From Cyanidioschyzon merolae (lineage: Eukaryota): a stretch of DNA of 64,000 nucleotides. A program made the position numbers and the translations under genes. The stretch lies in NCBI GenBank assembly GCA_000091205.1, contig AP006495.2; one strand, 5' to 3'. A model generated the notes under the pieces. It did not search any database. It worked only from the letters and a program-made list of their open reading frames with translations, and was not told the DNA's origin. Below, in pieces: positions 41,001 through 51,459 of this stretch. Numbering within the stretch: the first letter of the stretch is position 1; every line of letters starts with the position of its first letter.

Positions 41001-42765
41001 GAAAATTGGAACGAGCGCAAAGTCGTGTCGTTTGCCACTGATGGTAACCTATCCCAGTGGACGTGCTGAGGTGCGCGAATGCTGCACGCCGCTTCCTTCG
41101 ACGAGGGCGTACATGGAATGCAGGCATCGATCCTGCACGAATACCGTCGATTAGGTCAGGTCGAAATGAACGAATCACGAGCATGTGCGCATGCTGAAAC
41201 CAGCAGAGAAGAGGAGCGTGAAACACAGACCAGAGCATGAGATGGTATACGGCACCCAGACGGAACGTAAGATGATGAAGTAATCGAATGGAAGAGGCTT
41301 GCAGTAGTATGATCCCAATGGCTCATATGCCAGCAGGCGCTGTCGGCTTCGACATTTGAACGCCTCGATCAACATCCGGATATGTGTACTGGTTCTGGCC
41401 CGTCCACTGACTCTGTGTCAAATGAAGTGTCGATGTGATACTTTCGTATCCTGAATGGGCATTGTGCTGAAACGCATAAGACGTGCGATGAAATCAAGAC
41501 TAGGAGAGAGGGGCATCGGATTCTCGCCCCAACCAAAGCCGCTGGAATGGTGCAGTTCTGGAATCCAACGAGCCTGAAGCGTCGCATATGTGCACCGGCA
41601 ACTGTTGTCTTCGGTTCTGGTGAACAATAATGGTGTTGGGGTATTTGCTATCATTGAGTACACTGCCGAAATTGGTGTACAATGGTTGCAAACCAAGTTC
41701 ATGAACACTTGTAGATGCGTTTTAGTCGGTTGGCGGGCGTCAAATCATCGAGCTCAAGTCGATTTGCCAGTGACCGGAATAGACCGCGCCCGTACCCCGA
41801 CCCGGTGCAGAGCGTATGAACTTAGGTAGCCGCAACCGCAGCTGCACCTACCCCAGTCGCGGAGCGCTGTCGGAGACGTTTAGAGCACAGACGCTATCAA
41901 GCTTGCAGCCACATTCAGTACAAGAAGCGCGCCGCTTGTCGACACCGGGCCCACGTTCGACTGCGGCATATGCAATACAAGTTGTACTTCACGCTGATCG
42001 CACGCCCAACCGGGGGGAACTGTGGCGCCTCACGACCAGTGACGCACACCAGGATATCGAGAGGTGTACGTGTGTAGCCTCTTCTCTGGTCTATGCGGTA
42101 ACGCGGGACTATATATGGATATTGCGCCAGCGGCTTTGAGTTGCATTGCGGCATGGAATGCAGTGCGCGTTGGTGTCACCCCATGCTCACGGTAAGCCTG
42201 GAGCAGAGAGCACTCGGCTTGTAACCTCTGCAACACGAAACACTGTTTCTTCGATGGTCCTACGCGAATCCGAGCAACGCCCTGGTTCGCTTTCTGAACG
42301 CCAGCTGTGGCTCGCTGTCGCGGTTGTACCGCGGTCGGAGCGTATCCGTTTACGCATGAGCGCATGAGCCTGCGCATGCAGCGTTCTGCTCGGCCAGCAG
42401 TTCCATATGCAATTCCAAAGCGCATCCTTTTTGTATTTGCCGGGCGCATGGCATGCCTTTCGGCCGGTGTGGCACGGACGTGGTGAGCTCCCGGGTAGGA
42501 CGCATCAAACCTGCGAAATGACAACGTATTTGCATCTTTCTATGCAAGCGCACCTCATCCGGCACGACCGCCGCAGCACCTGCCACGGATCATGGCAACT
42601 TGTCCGGTGTACTGCAATCTCTATTCAACTGGCATTCGGCGGCTTCAACGGTAACGCATGTGAAGCATGCCCAACTATCTGCCGCATCACACCTTTGAGG
42701 CAAGACCGTTGTCGCGTTTTATCACCGATACCACGCATGCAAAGCGTATAAGGTCCGGTGTGTGC

Positions 42766-43551
42766 TCAGGAGGCTGGCGCTTCGCCCAGAGTCCCTTTCC
42801 CGTAGCCCCGGACGCGGTTCGTCTTCCGTGTCGAGCCAGGTACGAGCTCAGCGCAGGCTCCCCGATACTCGTAGAACTCCCTCAGAATAACGCAGGCAGA
42901 TTCCGCATCAATTTGTCGTTCGATGCGTCTGCGAGAGCGGATAGCGTTCGCCTCGAGAACGGCTCGCGCCTCTTGTGTGGAGAAGCACTCGTCCCACAAG
43001 TACACAGGGAGCACAGTTGCCTTTGCCAGTTTCTCCGCAAAAACCCTTGTCTCTCGACTCTGATCACTTTCGAGGCCATCACTATGAAGAGGTAGTCCAA
43101 CGACAATCTGATCGACGGCTTCTTGCAGCGCCAGGTCCAGCACGTCTTCAATGAGTCGGTCAGGCACCGTGGATTTCCTACCTTGACCACGATTTCTATT
43201 GCCCTCTATTTTCACCTTATTTTGAGGTCCAGTGGCTACTCGGTGCGCATTCGGTAAACATCCGAGTGGCCGTGGCGCAAAGCCCACCGAAACCGCTACT
43301 CCGACCCGCCGGAAGCCATAGTCGATGCCTAACGAGCGACGGCCTATTTGGGCAATGTTCTCAGCAGAGAGAAGTATGGCCCCTGGAATAAAACAAAAGC
43401 AATAGGACATCCGACGTGGCATAGACTGAAGCATACTGGAGCAGCAGCTGCAGCTGCTCCTGTCCGTGTGAACAAGCACTGCCTGTAAGCGAATCTGGGA
43501 ACACTGCTTAGACCACTTGGGGACGCAAGTTGCGGTACCTGGCCCGGGCAA
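42766..43551 (-). CDS. YqgF/RuvC-like Holliday-junction resolvase-like nuclease (pre-16S rRNA nuclease family), probably organelle-targeted
   Basis: SLGIDYGFRRVGVAVS (YqgF motif LGxDxGxKRIGVAxSD) is followed by IVVGLPLHSDGLESDQSRETRVFAEKLA and LWDECFSTQEARAVL…QIDAESACVILREFYE (the DERLTT…AA.ILQ region). An ~80-aa Cys/Ser-rich N-terminal extension could be a transit peptide, or non-coding if a later start is used. Confidence 0.65.
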   Translation of the reverse strand: MPGPGTATCVPKWSKQCSQIRLQAVLVHTDRSSCSCCSSMLQSMPRRMSYCFCFIPGAILLSAENIAQIGRRSLGIDYGFRRVGVAVSVGFAPRPLGCLPNAHRVATGPQNKVKIEGNRNRGQGRKSTVPDRLIEDVLDLALQEAVDQIVVGLPLHSDGLESDQSRETRVFAEKLAKATVLPVYLWDECFSTQEARAVLEANAIRSRRRIERQIDAESACVILREFYEYRGACAELVPGSTRKTNRVRGYGKGTLGEAPAS

Positions 43552-43956
43552 GGCACCAGGCGTGCGCGATGTCCCATTTGTTAGTTATATACTATGAAGT
43601 GCAGATATTGAATTGTTATACGTCAATCATACTAAACTATCCATAAAAGACTCGAATTACGAAGCCGGTTGGCTGATCCTCAGTTCGTCGAGAACAGGAC
43701 GTGTGCGTCACGTCCGCAACGACTCTATACAAAACACTGTTAGCTTTGGTTTAGCGGATACGATCTGTTGTCGTCCAGTGATCGGGATGTGGGCAAGTAC
43801 CAGTGTATGACCTATATCCAAGTTCAATGAAAACCGATCGGGTCCAATTATCGATTTCGGGCGTGCAGCCGAAAGTTTTGGACTCTTCCCACGATCATCA
43901 ACACTACCATTTGTACGCTTTCTCGGCAGAAGATTCCGTTTTCTGTCGCTTTTGTT

Positions 43957-45169
43957 CGGATTTTAAGGTACTGGTCTCTGTCTTCTCTCCAGCTCCCTTG
44001 GCTGTAGTCGAAGGATGTTGATTGCAGCGTCAAGATCCCTAGGTCGCAGCATTCTGCAGCTGTCGAAGAAATCCATAGACAGACGGTCGGCGCGATCGAC
44101 GCTTCGCTGCACTTTTTTCATCTTCTTTGTACGTCCCTGAGGGGTGCATCCACCGCAGCCGTGACAATTGACCATCGCCAGGTGTTTCCATAAGCCTACG
44201 AAACCGAACGCGCTGGGCGCTGCCCTGTGTCGCGTCGAGATTTGCTTCATCGCTCCATCCACGCCCTTGGCGGATCCGGAAGGCTCGCCTCAATATCCTC
44301 CTTTGCTTCCGCTTCCGATGCCGTAACCTTAAACCACGGGCTTTATCTGGGCGATCCCTCGGAGAAGAAGCCGTGCTCGGCGCATGCAAGCGAGCGCTAT
44401 CCCACTCGGTGGTGACTCCATGGCGCGCAACGCCATCCATGATGGAATGAGCATCTGCAGGAAAATCCAGGCTGGAAAAGCCGCCGACAAGTCTCAGGTC
44501 GCCTACACTCCTTTGCGGCAAACCGGTGACGGTCGCTCCGCTGAAAGCGAGCCGGCGTGATGCCTGAGGCCCCAGCCGCCTCCCTGCAGAAGCAGACGAT
44601 ACACGAGCCTCTGGAAGCATACCCCGTGTGCGGGATCATGCTGATGTCCATGCGGATTCGTCGATGGCCCGAAAGCGAGGAGGAATTGTGTTTCGGGCAG
44701 AATCGTTTATTTGACGTCAGCTGCTCAGTGGATATGCGGGATGAGCTCGCGATCCATTCGTCAAGAGACGACGTGGCGTTATTGGCTCGTAAATCCGGAC
44801 GCGCCCACGAGTTTGCTTGCAACTGGATGATCGAAGCATCGGAGCGCGCTCCATTGGAGGAAAACGAGGGGATTGGAGGCTTCTCCACATGCACTGATGA
44901 ATTAGCATCGGTTACGCTACGAGCCGTTGTTCGAGGCCGTCGCGAATGCTCTCCGTTCCGCAAGCGTAGCGAATTCTCGCGGCAAAGCGTCGCCCGAGCT
45001 ACCCCCAGACATACAACTGAGCACCCGAAAAGGACGGATGAAATCAAAAGTGCACATTGCTGCACTTCGAATCTCGATGCTGGCATCTAAAAATCGCTCC
45101 GAAAAATCGAAAAGCAGGAATAGAGCAGGTACTGAAACGTTGCATTTTCATCTGGTACTCGTGCAGTCG
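43957..45169. repeat. Dispersed/segmental repeat family A, copy 2 (~1.2 kb)
   Basis: See copy 1 at 29700..30912. It lies in the intergenic space between the YqgF-like and asparagine synthetase genes. Confidence 0.85.
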
Positions 45170-46052
45170 ATACACACGCGATATTCACGATGCGCTCCAC
45201 GCCAGGATTCGACGCCACATCAGCGAGCGCGTCTTCGGCTTGTGGAACACGCACACAATGAACATTCAACGAAGGTCTCGTCCACGGTTTCCGACACCAG
45301 TCGCGCATTCCAATGAAATCTGCCCCGACTCGTCGACCTCAGTCCAGAGCCGGACCGCTGCATCCGGTGCAAAACCAAATGCCCGCAATAGGCTCGCTGC
45401 CCCCGCAGCGTCACGACACCAGACGACTCTCGCTCAAGCAACACGCTCCTGAGGCACGGGTCGTCCACTTTTCCACAGAAAACGTGAGCAGGCACCTGCG
45501 TGATCGCCAGCGTTCGCGCATCCGCAGAAATCCACCTGAATCCATCGATCACCTACTGAACGAAAGTATCGTAGCGCTTCTCTTCAAGTTCAACATGATC
45601 CTACGACGCCTGCAAAGCCAAACTGCTTATCCCGACACGCACCAGCAATCGAGCTGCAGAGGCACCCCATGAGACGCCCCAGGTCTTGATCGTGGCAGGC
45701 TACACCAAAACCTTGCGCCTGCATCGAGGTGTGTTTCTGTACTGCGTCGCGCCGTCGCTGCGTCGCCAACGGTCGACGCCGCCGGCGATGCTGCCGCTGC
45801 TGCGCCTGCGGCTGCTGATAAAGCTACTACTGCTTACCATCTCTTTCTGTTGTTGCTCGTGCCAAGCATACTACTTCGGGTGTGTCGTCAACGACAACGG
45901 CTGCATTCTAGGCCAGTTTCGAGTTTCCGAGCGTCAGGTTCCGTATAGCGCTTGGATTCTGCCTCGGCGTCGACGCGGGGCGTTGCCGCGAATCTCTCCC
46001 CAACGCGGCGTCAGTGCTTCCAGGCGGGTGTGCAGACGAACAGTGCGAAATC

Positions 46053-47828
46053 ATGTGCGGTATTTTCGCTATTATCGGGAATACGACGCGTTCGGAACAG
46101 GAGCTTGCTCAATTGACCTGCAAATGTACTGAGAAACTCCGACACCGAGGTCCCGACGAGTTCACCACAGAGGTCTACGGTGGCGGTTGGGCTGCCTTTG
46201 GCTTTGCGCGGCTGGCCATAAACGATCCAGCGCACGGACACCAACCGATGCGCAATGACCTCTCCACAGTTTTTGCGATAACAAATGGTGAAATCTACAA
46301 TCACGAAGAAATTCGACGTGACGCTTTGGGAAACCGCCCACTACACTCACACTCTGACTGTGAAGTCATTATCCCGCTGTACGAGAAGTTGCTGGGGGAG
46401 AACGCCGAACAAGCGACCTCGCGAACTGGTCCGGCGCTGGTTGAGCGGCTCTTGCTTCCTGCCAAGACCCTCTATGATATGCTTCGTGGCGTCTTCGCCA
46501 GTGTCTTGGTGGACCTCGAACGTGGCGTTTACGTTGCGGCACGCGACCCGGTTGGGGTTCGCGGAATGTTCGTAGGCGCCTCTGCAGATGGCGCGGTATG
46601 GATTGCCTCCGAGGCAAAGGCTCTCGTTGAGCACTGCGATCGTGTGGAAGCATTCAAGCCGGGAACGCTGATTGTTGGCGTTCGAGGTCAGGAGCGTGCC
46701 ACCGCTTTCACGTTTGAGCCGTGGTATGTGCCGCGCTTCCTCGCGGATGACTCGTGGACGCCAACTGCGCCAGCGAATCTGCAGCTACTCCATGATGCTT
46801 TTGTGGTGGCTGTTCGACGTCGCTTAATGGCGGACGTTCCTGTTGGGGTCTTCATCAGCGGCGGCCTGGATTCGAGTCTCGTTGCTGCGGTTGCGAAGCG
46901 CTATTTGGCTCCGGACTATGTTTTCCACTCTTTTGCATGCGGTCTGGCGGGCTCACCTGATTTGGCGGCTGCTCGCCGGGTTGCAGAGTTCTTGAAGACA
47001 GAGCACCATGAGCTCATCTTCACGGTGGAAGAGGGAATCGCCGCTCTGGATCGGGTCATATATCACTTGGAAACGTACGATGTGACGACAGTGCGAGCAT
47101 CAACGCCGATGTACCTGCTCTCCAAGCTCGTCAAGCAGTACGTGAAAGTGATTCTGAGTGGTGAGGGTGCCGATGAAGTGCTCGGTGGATACCTGTACTT
47201 CCATAACGCGCCCTCTGCGGCCGAATTCCAACGCGAGACTGTGCGCAGACTGCGTCTGCTTTACACCGCCGACGTACTTCGAGGCGACCGCAGTACAGCG
47301 GCGCATTGTCTAGAGCTTCGAGTTCCATTCCTGGATCGCGATTATCTCGATGTGGCAATGACAATCGATCCGCAAGAGAAAATGTGCGTTCCAGGAAAGA
47401 GAATGGAAAAATGGATCATGAGAGCCGCCTTCGATGAACATCTTGGTCCGGCACGAACGCGCTACCTTCCGGACGATATTCTTTGGCGACAGAAGGAGCA
47501 ATTCAGTGATGGTGTCGGTTACAATTGGATAGACGGCCTTAAGGCGTTCTGCGAGAGCCACGTTTCCGATGACGAGCTCCACAATGCAGCAGCGCGCTTC
47601 ACATACGATCCACCGACAACAAAAGAAGCGTACTACTATCGAATGATTTTCGAGAAACATTACGGTTCGTATCCATCAGCGCAAAGCCTGCGCTCATGCG
47701 TCCACAAATGGATTCCGCTTTGGTCGGAATCGACGGATCCAAGCGGCCGTGCTCAACGAGTACATCTCGCGAACGCTCGCCAGGAAAACCACTTGAAAGC
47801 GCCACAGAAACAGGAGCGAGCGAACTGA
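46053..47828 (+). CDS. ASNS: Asparagine synthetase (glutamine-hydrolysing), class II amidotransferase
   Basis: Begins MCGIFAI (catalytic N-terminal Cys after Met), then GPDEF…GFARLAINDP…GEIYNHEEIR (Ntn glutaminase domain). The synthetase domain has the PP-loop VGVFISGGLDSSLVAA, plus YHLETYDVTTVRASTPMYLL and SGEGADEVLGGYLYFH. The start was set at the Met directly preceding CGIF (ORF 46014.. carries 13 extra upstream codons). Confidence 0.9.
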   Translation: MCGIFAIIGNTTRSEQELAQLTCKCTEKLRHRGPDEFTTEVYGGGWAAFGFARLAINDPAHGHQPMRNDLSTVFAITNGEIYNHEEIRRDALGNRPLHSHSDCEVIIPLYEKLLGENAEQATSRTGPALVERLLLPAKTLYDMLRGVFASVLVDLERGVYVAARDPVGVRGMFVGASADGAVWIASEAKALVEHCDRVEAFKPGTLIVGVRGQERATAFTFEPWYVPRFLADDSWTPTAPANLQLLHDAFVVAVRRRLMADVPVGVFISGGLDSSLVAAVAKRYLAPDYVFHSFACGLAGSPDLAAARRVAEFLKTEHHELIFTVEEGIAALDRVIYHLETYDVTTVRASTPMYLLSKLVKQYVKVILSGEGADEVLGGYLYFHNAPSAAEFQRETVRRLRLLYTADVLRGDRSTAAHCLELRVPFLDRDYLDVAMTIDPQEKMCVPGKRMEKWIMRAAFDEHLGPARTRYLPDDILWRQKEQFSDGVGYNWIDGLKAFCESHVSDDELHNAAARFTYDPPTTKEAYYYRMIFEKHYGSYPSAQSLRSCVHKWIPLWSESTDPSGRAQRVHLANARQENHLKAPQKQERAN

Positions 47829-48491
47829 GCGAGAACGATGGAGTGCTGCCTGCTGCCACCGTTCACAGCAGTTGGCGCTCGATCGGTGAAACCGCAGGAC
47901 AACGAGCTGCCTACGTTGTGGACGCTCAGCGATCTCGAACTCGTCGTGAGATGCTGCGGGAAGGCGCTCCTTGACGAGAGGCATCTGGCATGATGTCCTA
48001 ATATCTGTCGTTGATACATGGGGCATCAACTTTACGAAAAAGAATCGGTTCTAAACAAGATCTGGGATACATGCAGCGCCGGGCGCGGAGCAACAATCTC
48101 TCTAGGCAAGGTTTGGCTACTGGTCTACATCGCGCCAGCACCGATACATGCGCTCGTCATTGCGTACAGTGCATACTATCGCGGAAAAGAGATACGACCA
48201 GGCCTGATAGCTGGCGTTCTCAACGATTCCGAGGCGTGTCGAGCGGTCCACGTATTGAAGAGGAGAGGATGCGGGTTCAGGAAGGCAGCGGCCGCGTGGG
48301 CTTACCGCTATCAGCGTCTTCAAGGGTGAAACGCAGAAACCCGAACCCGCAAGCGGTCCCCGCGGAACTATTTCAGAGCGCACCATATATTCCCCCACGA
48401 TAATCTCTCATCGAATACTTGGAATGCATCAGGGATGCGGTGCTGTTCCGGGGGGCGGAAAGCGCATCCTCCGCGAGGCCTCGCGACCAAC

Positions 48492-49088
48492 CTATCGCGT
48501 GGTGTAATGGTTGCGCAGAAACTCTGCTAGCCTCGAAGCAGCTCGGAAACGATGCGAAATCGCATTCTTCTCGCCTTCACTCATTTCAGCATACGTTTTC
48601 TCGTGTCCATCGGGTTGAAATATGGGATCCCAACCAAAGTTACGTTTCCCGCGAGGCACCACAATTCGCCCCAGCGTCTGGCCGGTGAACAGGTGCGGCT
48701 CCGCGTCGGCGTCTACGGCGAGCGCAAAGATACACTGCGCTGTTGCACGTTTATCGTCCCAGGCAGCGAGCAACTTTTCCATGCCTTCCGGCCCCAGGTT
48801 ACGCAAAAAGTACTTGACGTACGGACCAGGGAGTCCACCGAACGCGTGGTAACACAACTGCGTGTCTTCGACGAGGGCGGGTCCCTGGATCGCACGTGCA
48901 GCGTATCGACACTTTTCGCGCGCAATATCCTCGGCTTCACCTTGAATCTCAGGAAGGTCGATGTGTCGCGCCTCGATCGTCACTTCCATACCGACGAGGT
49001 CACGCAGAATCGCCCGCAGTTCAGCGAGTTTCTTCTCGTTACTGGTAACGAACGTCAGCGGCTTGTGTTGCGATAACCCCGTCAACAT
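48492..49088 (-). CDS. ITPA: Inosine triphosphate pyrophosphatase (ITPase/Ham1 family non-canonical NTP pyrophosphatase)
   Basis: [28 protein letters not shown], and [33 protein letters not shown] match the ITPA/Ham1 consensus (TGNxxKLxE…GPYIKWF…[19 protein letters not shown]…KNxISHR). The start was set at Met79 of ORF 48492..49322 to give ~198 aa. Confidence 0.8.
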   Translation of the reverse strand: MLTGLSQHKPLTFVTSNEKKLAELRAILRDLVGMEVTIEARHIDLPEIQGEAEDIAREKCRYAARAIQGPALVEDTQLCYHAFGGLPGPYVKYFLRNLGPEGMEKLLAAWDDKRATAQCIFALAVDADAEPHLFTGQTLGRIVVPRGKRNFGWDPIFQPDGHEKTYAEMSEGEKNAISHRFRAASRLAEFLRNHYTTR

Positions 49089-49716
49089 AGCGGTCCGCGT
49101 AGACACTGCTCTAAAGCGACCTCGACTATGGCAACAGCAGTACCGTCCAGCGGAAACGTGTCGATGTCTACACCCGAGTACCGATAGCCCGACGGAAAAG
49201 CACACCAGGTGTCGCTGTCGCTGCATGGTAGCGTTCGGAGAGGCGACGCGTAGGCGCGCTTCCCGCTCGCCGCAGCGTCCGATGCATCGACAATGCGTCG
49301 AGGCATACCTGATCCGTTTCAACGATTACGTACTGTAGCATCATCAACTGGGACGTTGCTTGATGTTTTCTGACATTCCGTCCACGTTTGTGGTCGTGCA
49401 TGTCATGGTGCGGGTGCTAAGGTCACGAATTGACTCCCTCGAATAGAGATCGCGTAATCTTTTGGAGTATGGAAGGCGAGGTGTGGCGACGCTGCGGACG
49501 CGAAATCCTGATTCTCTTTATCATTGTTATCATCTAGAGAGGCTCTCGGTGCGTCCAGAAATCCCTAGTGAGATCGATGGATCTCGTATCGTATGATTCG
49601 ATGGTGACACCTCGACAGGATCCTGAGTCGTTTCACAAGACTTGCCCGAAAAGGTTATCGGCGCGTCCGAAAAATGCCCATCAGACTGAGCTTGTACGAG
49701 CCAGTCAAGTGCCGAG

Positions 49717-50360
49717 CAAACAGAAACGAACCGGCAGCCAGCGACTCGATACCAATTTCGTTCCAGCTTCACGGTGAACATTGAACGGGGGCAAACGTCT
49801 CCGTATTTTCGAACGTTGATCCGCATGATGGAAGGTCGCACGACCCGGACGTGTCCGGCGCGCTCGTGCCTCACGCCTCCCTCAGTTACCGGGTGATGTG
49901 GCGACACCTGAGCGACTCATCTGCAACGATGTTTTTGTTTTTAGATGAGAAAGCGGTAGGCTGCATGCTAGGCGTTGCCCTGGTTGCAGTACGCTCCTAG
50001 CAGATCGCTTCGCGCTACCGCAAGCAGTGCGTCTCTCTCCGCAGCTTGCTGGCTCCCAGTATCATAAAGAGTCCCGATTCCGTATTGAATAAAAGACACT
50101 TCGAGCCAACGTCTTCTCAGTCGTATGCCAATCCCGTTCTATGCTCGTGCTGCACCCGCACCAGCTGTACAGGGTTTATTCAGGGGACAGCAAGGCAGGT
50201 ACTCGCTGCGCGATAGAACGCACGAAACGACCAGTACAACCTATATCACATATAGGTTATGGAACTTGAGCGTATGGCACAGCATGATGGACAATTCCAT
50301 GAACCCTACTATCCATTCCGTGTCTGGGTTCCGTGGTCAATGGAAACATTTCGTCAAACA
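49717..50360. repeat. Dispersed ~640-bp repeat family B, copy 2
   Basis: See copy 1 at 8285..8925. It sits immediately upstream of, and contributes the spurious 5' part of ORF 50125.. to, the SRP receptor beta gene. Confidence 0.8.
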
Positions 50361-50625
50361 AGAAAATCAGACTGATATCTCGTACAATGAAGTACCTCAG
50401 TGGCGCGCGCTGCTTCGTTTCAGACTTGGCAGGCAGGTTCTGCACACGGACGCTCATTGGCTCGATTTCGCGCCCACTGCGGACAGAAAGACTGGTGTGG
50501 ACCTTGCGGAGCGTGGAGGCGTCTTCCGGTCAACTGTCGTCTCTTGGTTGGTCTCTGTGAGCCGCTGTGCACTTAGGAGGCTCTGGTCCGACGCAACAAT
50601 CTTCAAGGGTAAAGGCCAACTACGG

Positions 50626-51459
50626 ATGCAACCGCGGCTTCCAAGGCCTGCTCGGGCCGTTTTAGACACTTTTGCCAAGTGCGACTTCGCAGACTGGCTC
50701 TGCTTGCAACAACACTGGTCTGAACAGAGCACCACCGACAGAGGGCTTGTAGTGCGCTGGCTGGTCGCCGTGGGCGTACTGCTCGCCAGCGTCTTGGTAG
50801 TGCTCTACAATAGTCGCCGGCGGCGGCGTCGACTTCCACTGGTCGTACTCTTGTCGTGTCCAAGCGCTGAAACCGTCGCGAGCGGTGCTGGGAAAACGAC
50901 ACTCTTTTGGCGGCTTTGGAAAGGGCAACTGCCACGTTACGCGCCAGTGCCGTCGCAGCAGCCGAACGAGGCAGTGGTAACGCTGGACGACGGTGTGCGC
51001 TTTCTTCTGGTCGACCTGCCGAGTGATGCACGGGCGCGGGGAACCTGGGGACGGTTCACTTCGTTGGACAAGTTGAACGCTGCCGCCGTCGTCGTCGTTT
51101 ACGTCGTGGACGCGAAAACTGACTCTTTGACCCGAGAAGCGGAATATCTCTTTAGAGATATCGACGTGCGGGCGCTCCTCCAACGTGGCACCACCTGCGT
51201 CGTTCTTGCGAACAAAGCGGACCTCCGCACAGCCATGCCAGCCAAGGTGTTTCTAGCACGATGGATGCGGGAAGTAGAACGACTGGGGCATTCGAGGACG
51301 AATTCGCTGACCCCAGTGCTGGTCGATGAGTCGACCATCGCGCAGATTCCATCGCTCCGACGAGAGCAGCGCCTTATGCTGGTTCATGGAAGTGCCAAAA
51401 CTGGCGACTGTTTACCGAAACTGTACACTGTTATCCGAAGCGCCGTGCGTCACCGCTAG
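50626..51459 (+). CDS. Signal recognition particle receptor beta subunit (SR-beta, Arf-like small GTPase with N-terminal TM anchor)
   Basis: A TM helix (WLVAVGVLLASVLVVLY) is followed by a GTPase with the P-loop SGAGKTTLFWRL, LVDLPSD (DxPG-like), VVVYVVDAKT, VVLANKADL (NKxD) and HGSAKTGD (SAK). Order and spacing match SR-beta. The start was set at the internal Met (MQPRLPR…) because the upstream part of ORF 50125.. lies in repeat B. Confidence 0.65.
   Translation: MQPRLPRPARAVLDTFAKCDFADWLCLQQHWSEQSTTDRGLVVRWLVAVGVLLASVLVVLYNSRRRRRRLPLVVLLSCPSAETVASGAGKTTLFWRLWKGQLPRYAPVPSQQPNEAVVTLDDGVRFLLVDLPSDARARGTWGRFTSLDKLNAAAVVVVYVVDAKTDSLTREAEYLFRDIDVRALLQRGTTCVVLANKADLRTAMPAKVFLARWMREVERLGHSRTNSLTPVLVDESTIAQIPSLRREQRLMLVHGSAKTGDCLPKLYTVIRSAVRHR

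Noticed and set aside
38100-42760. rRNA, 5S or U6 snRNA genes in the long ORF-free intervals
   Set aside because: Characteristic conserved strings were looked for by eye and not found: the 5S 'gatctcgtctgatct', U6 'gcttcggcagcaca', and the SSU/LSU universal regions. A proper covariance search is still advisable.
29700-45169. LTR retrotransposon hypothesis for the pair of 1.2-kb direct repeats
   Set aside because: The 13 kb between them contains host genes (arginine deiminase, BRUTUS-like E3, YqgF-like nuclease) with no gag/pol/integrase. The repeat ends also show no obvious TG…CA termini.
49679-50377. 9-bp 'tcagactga' motif on both sides of repeat-B copy 2, as a possible target-site duplication
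   Set aside because: The upstream motif lies ~30 bp outside the homology boundary defined by comparison with copy 1, so it is not immediately flanking. Most likely chance.
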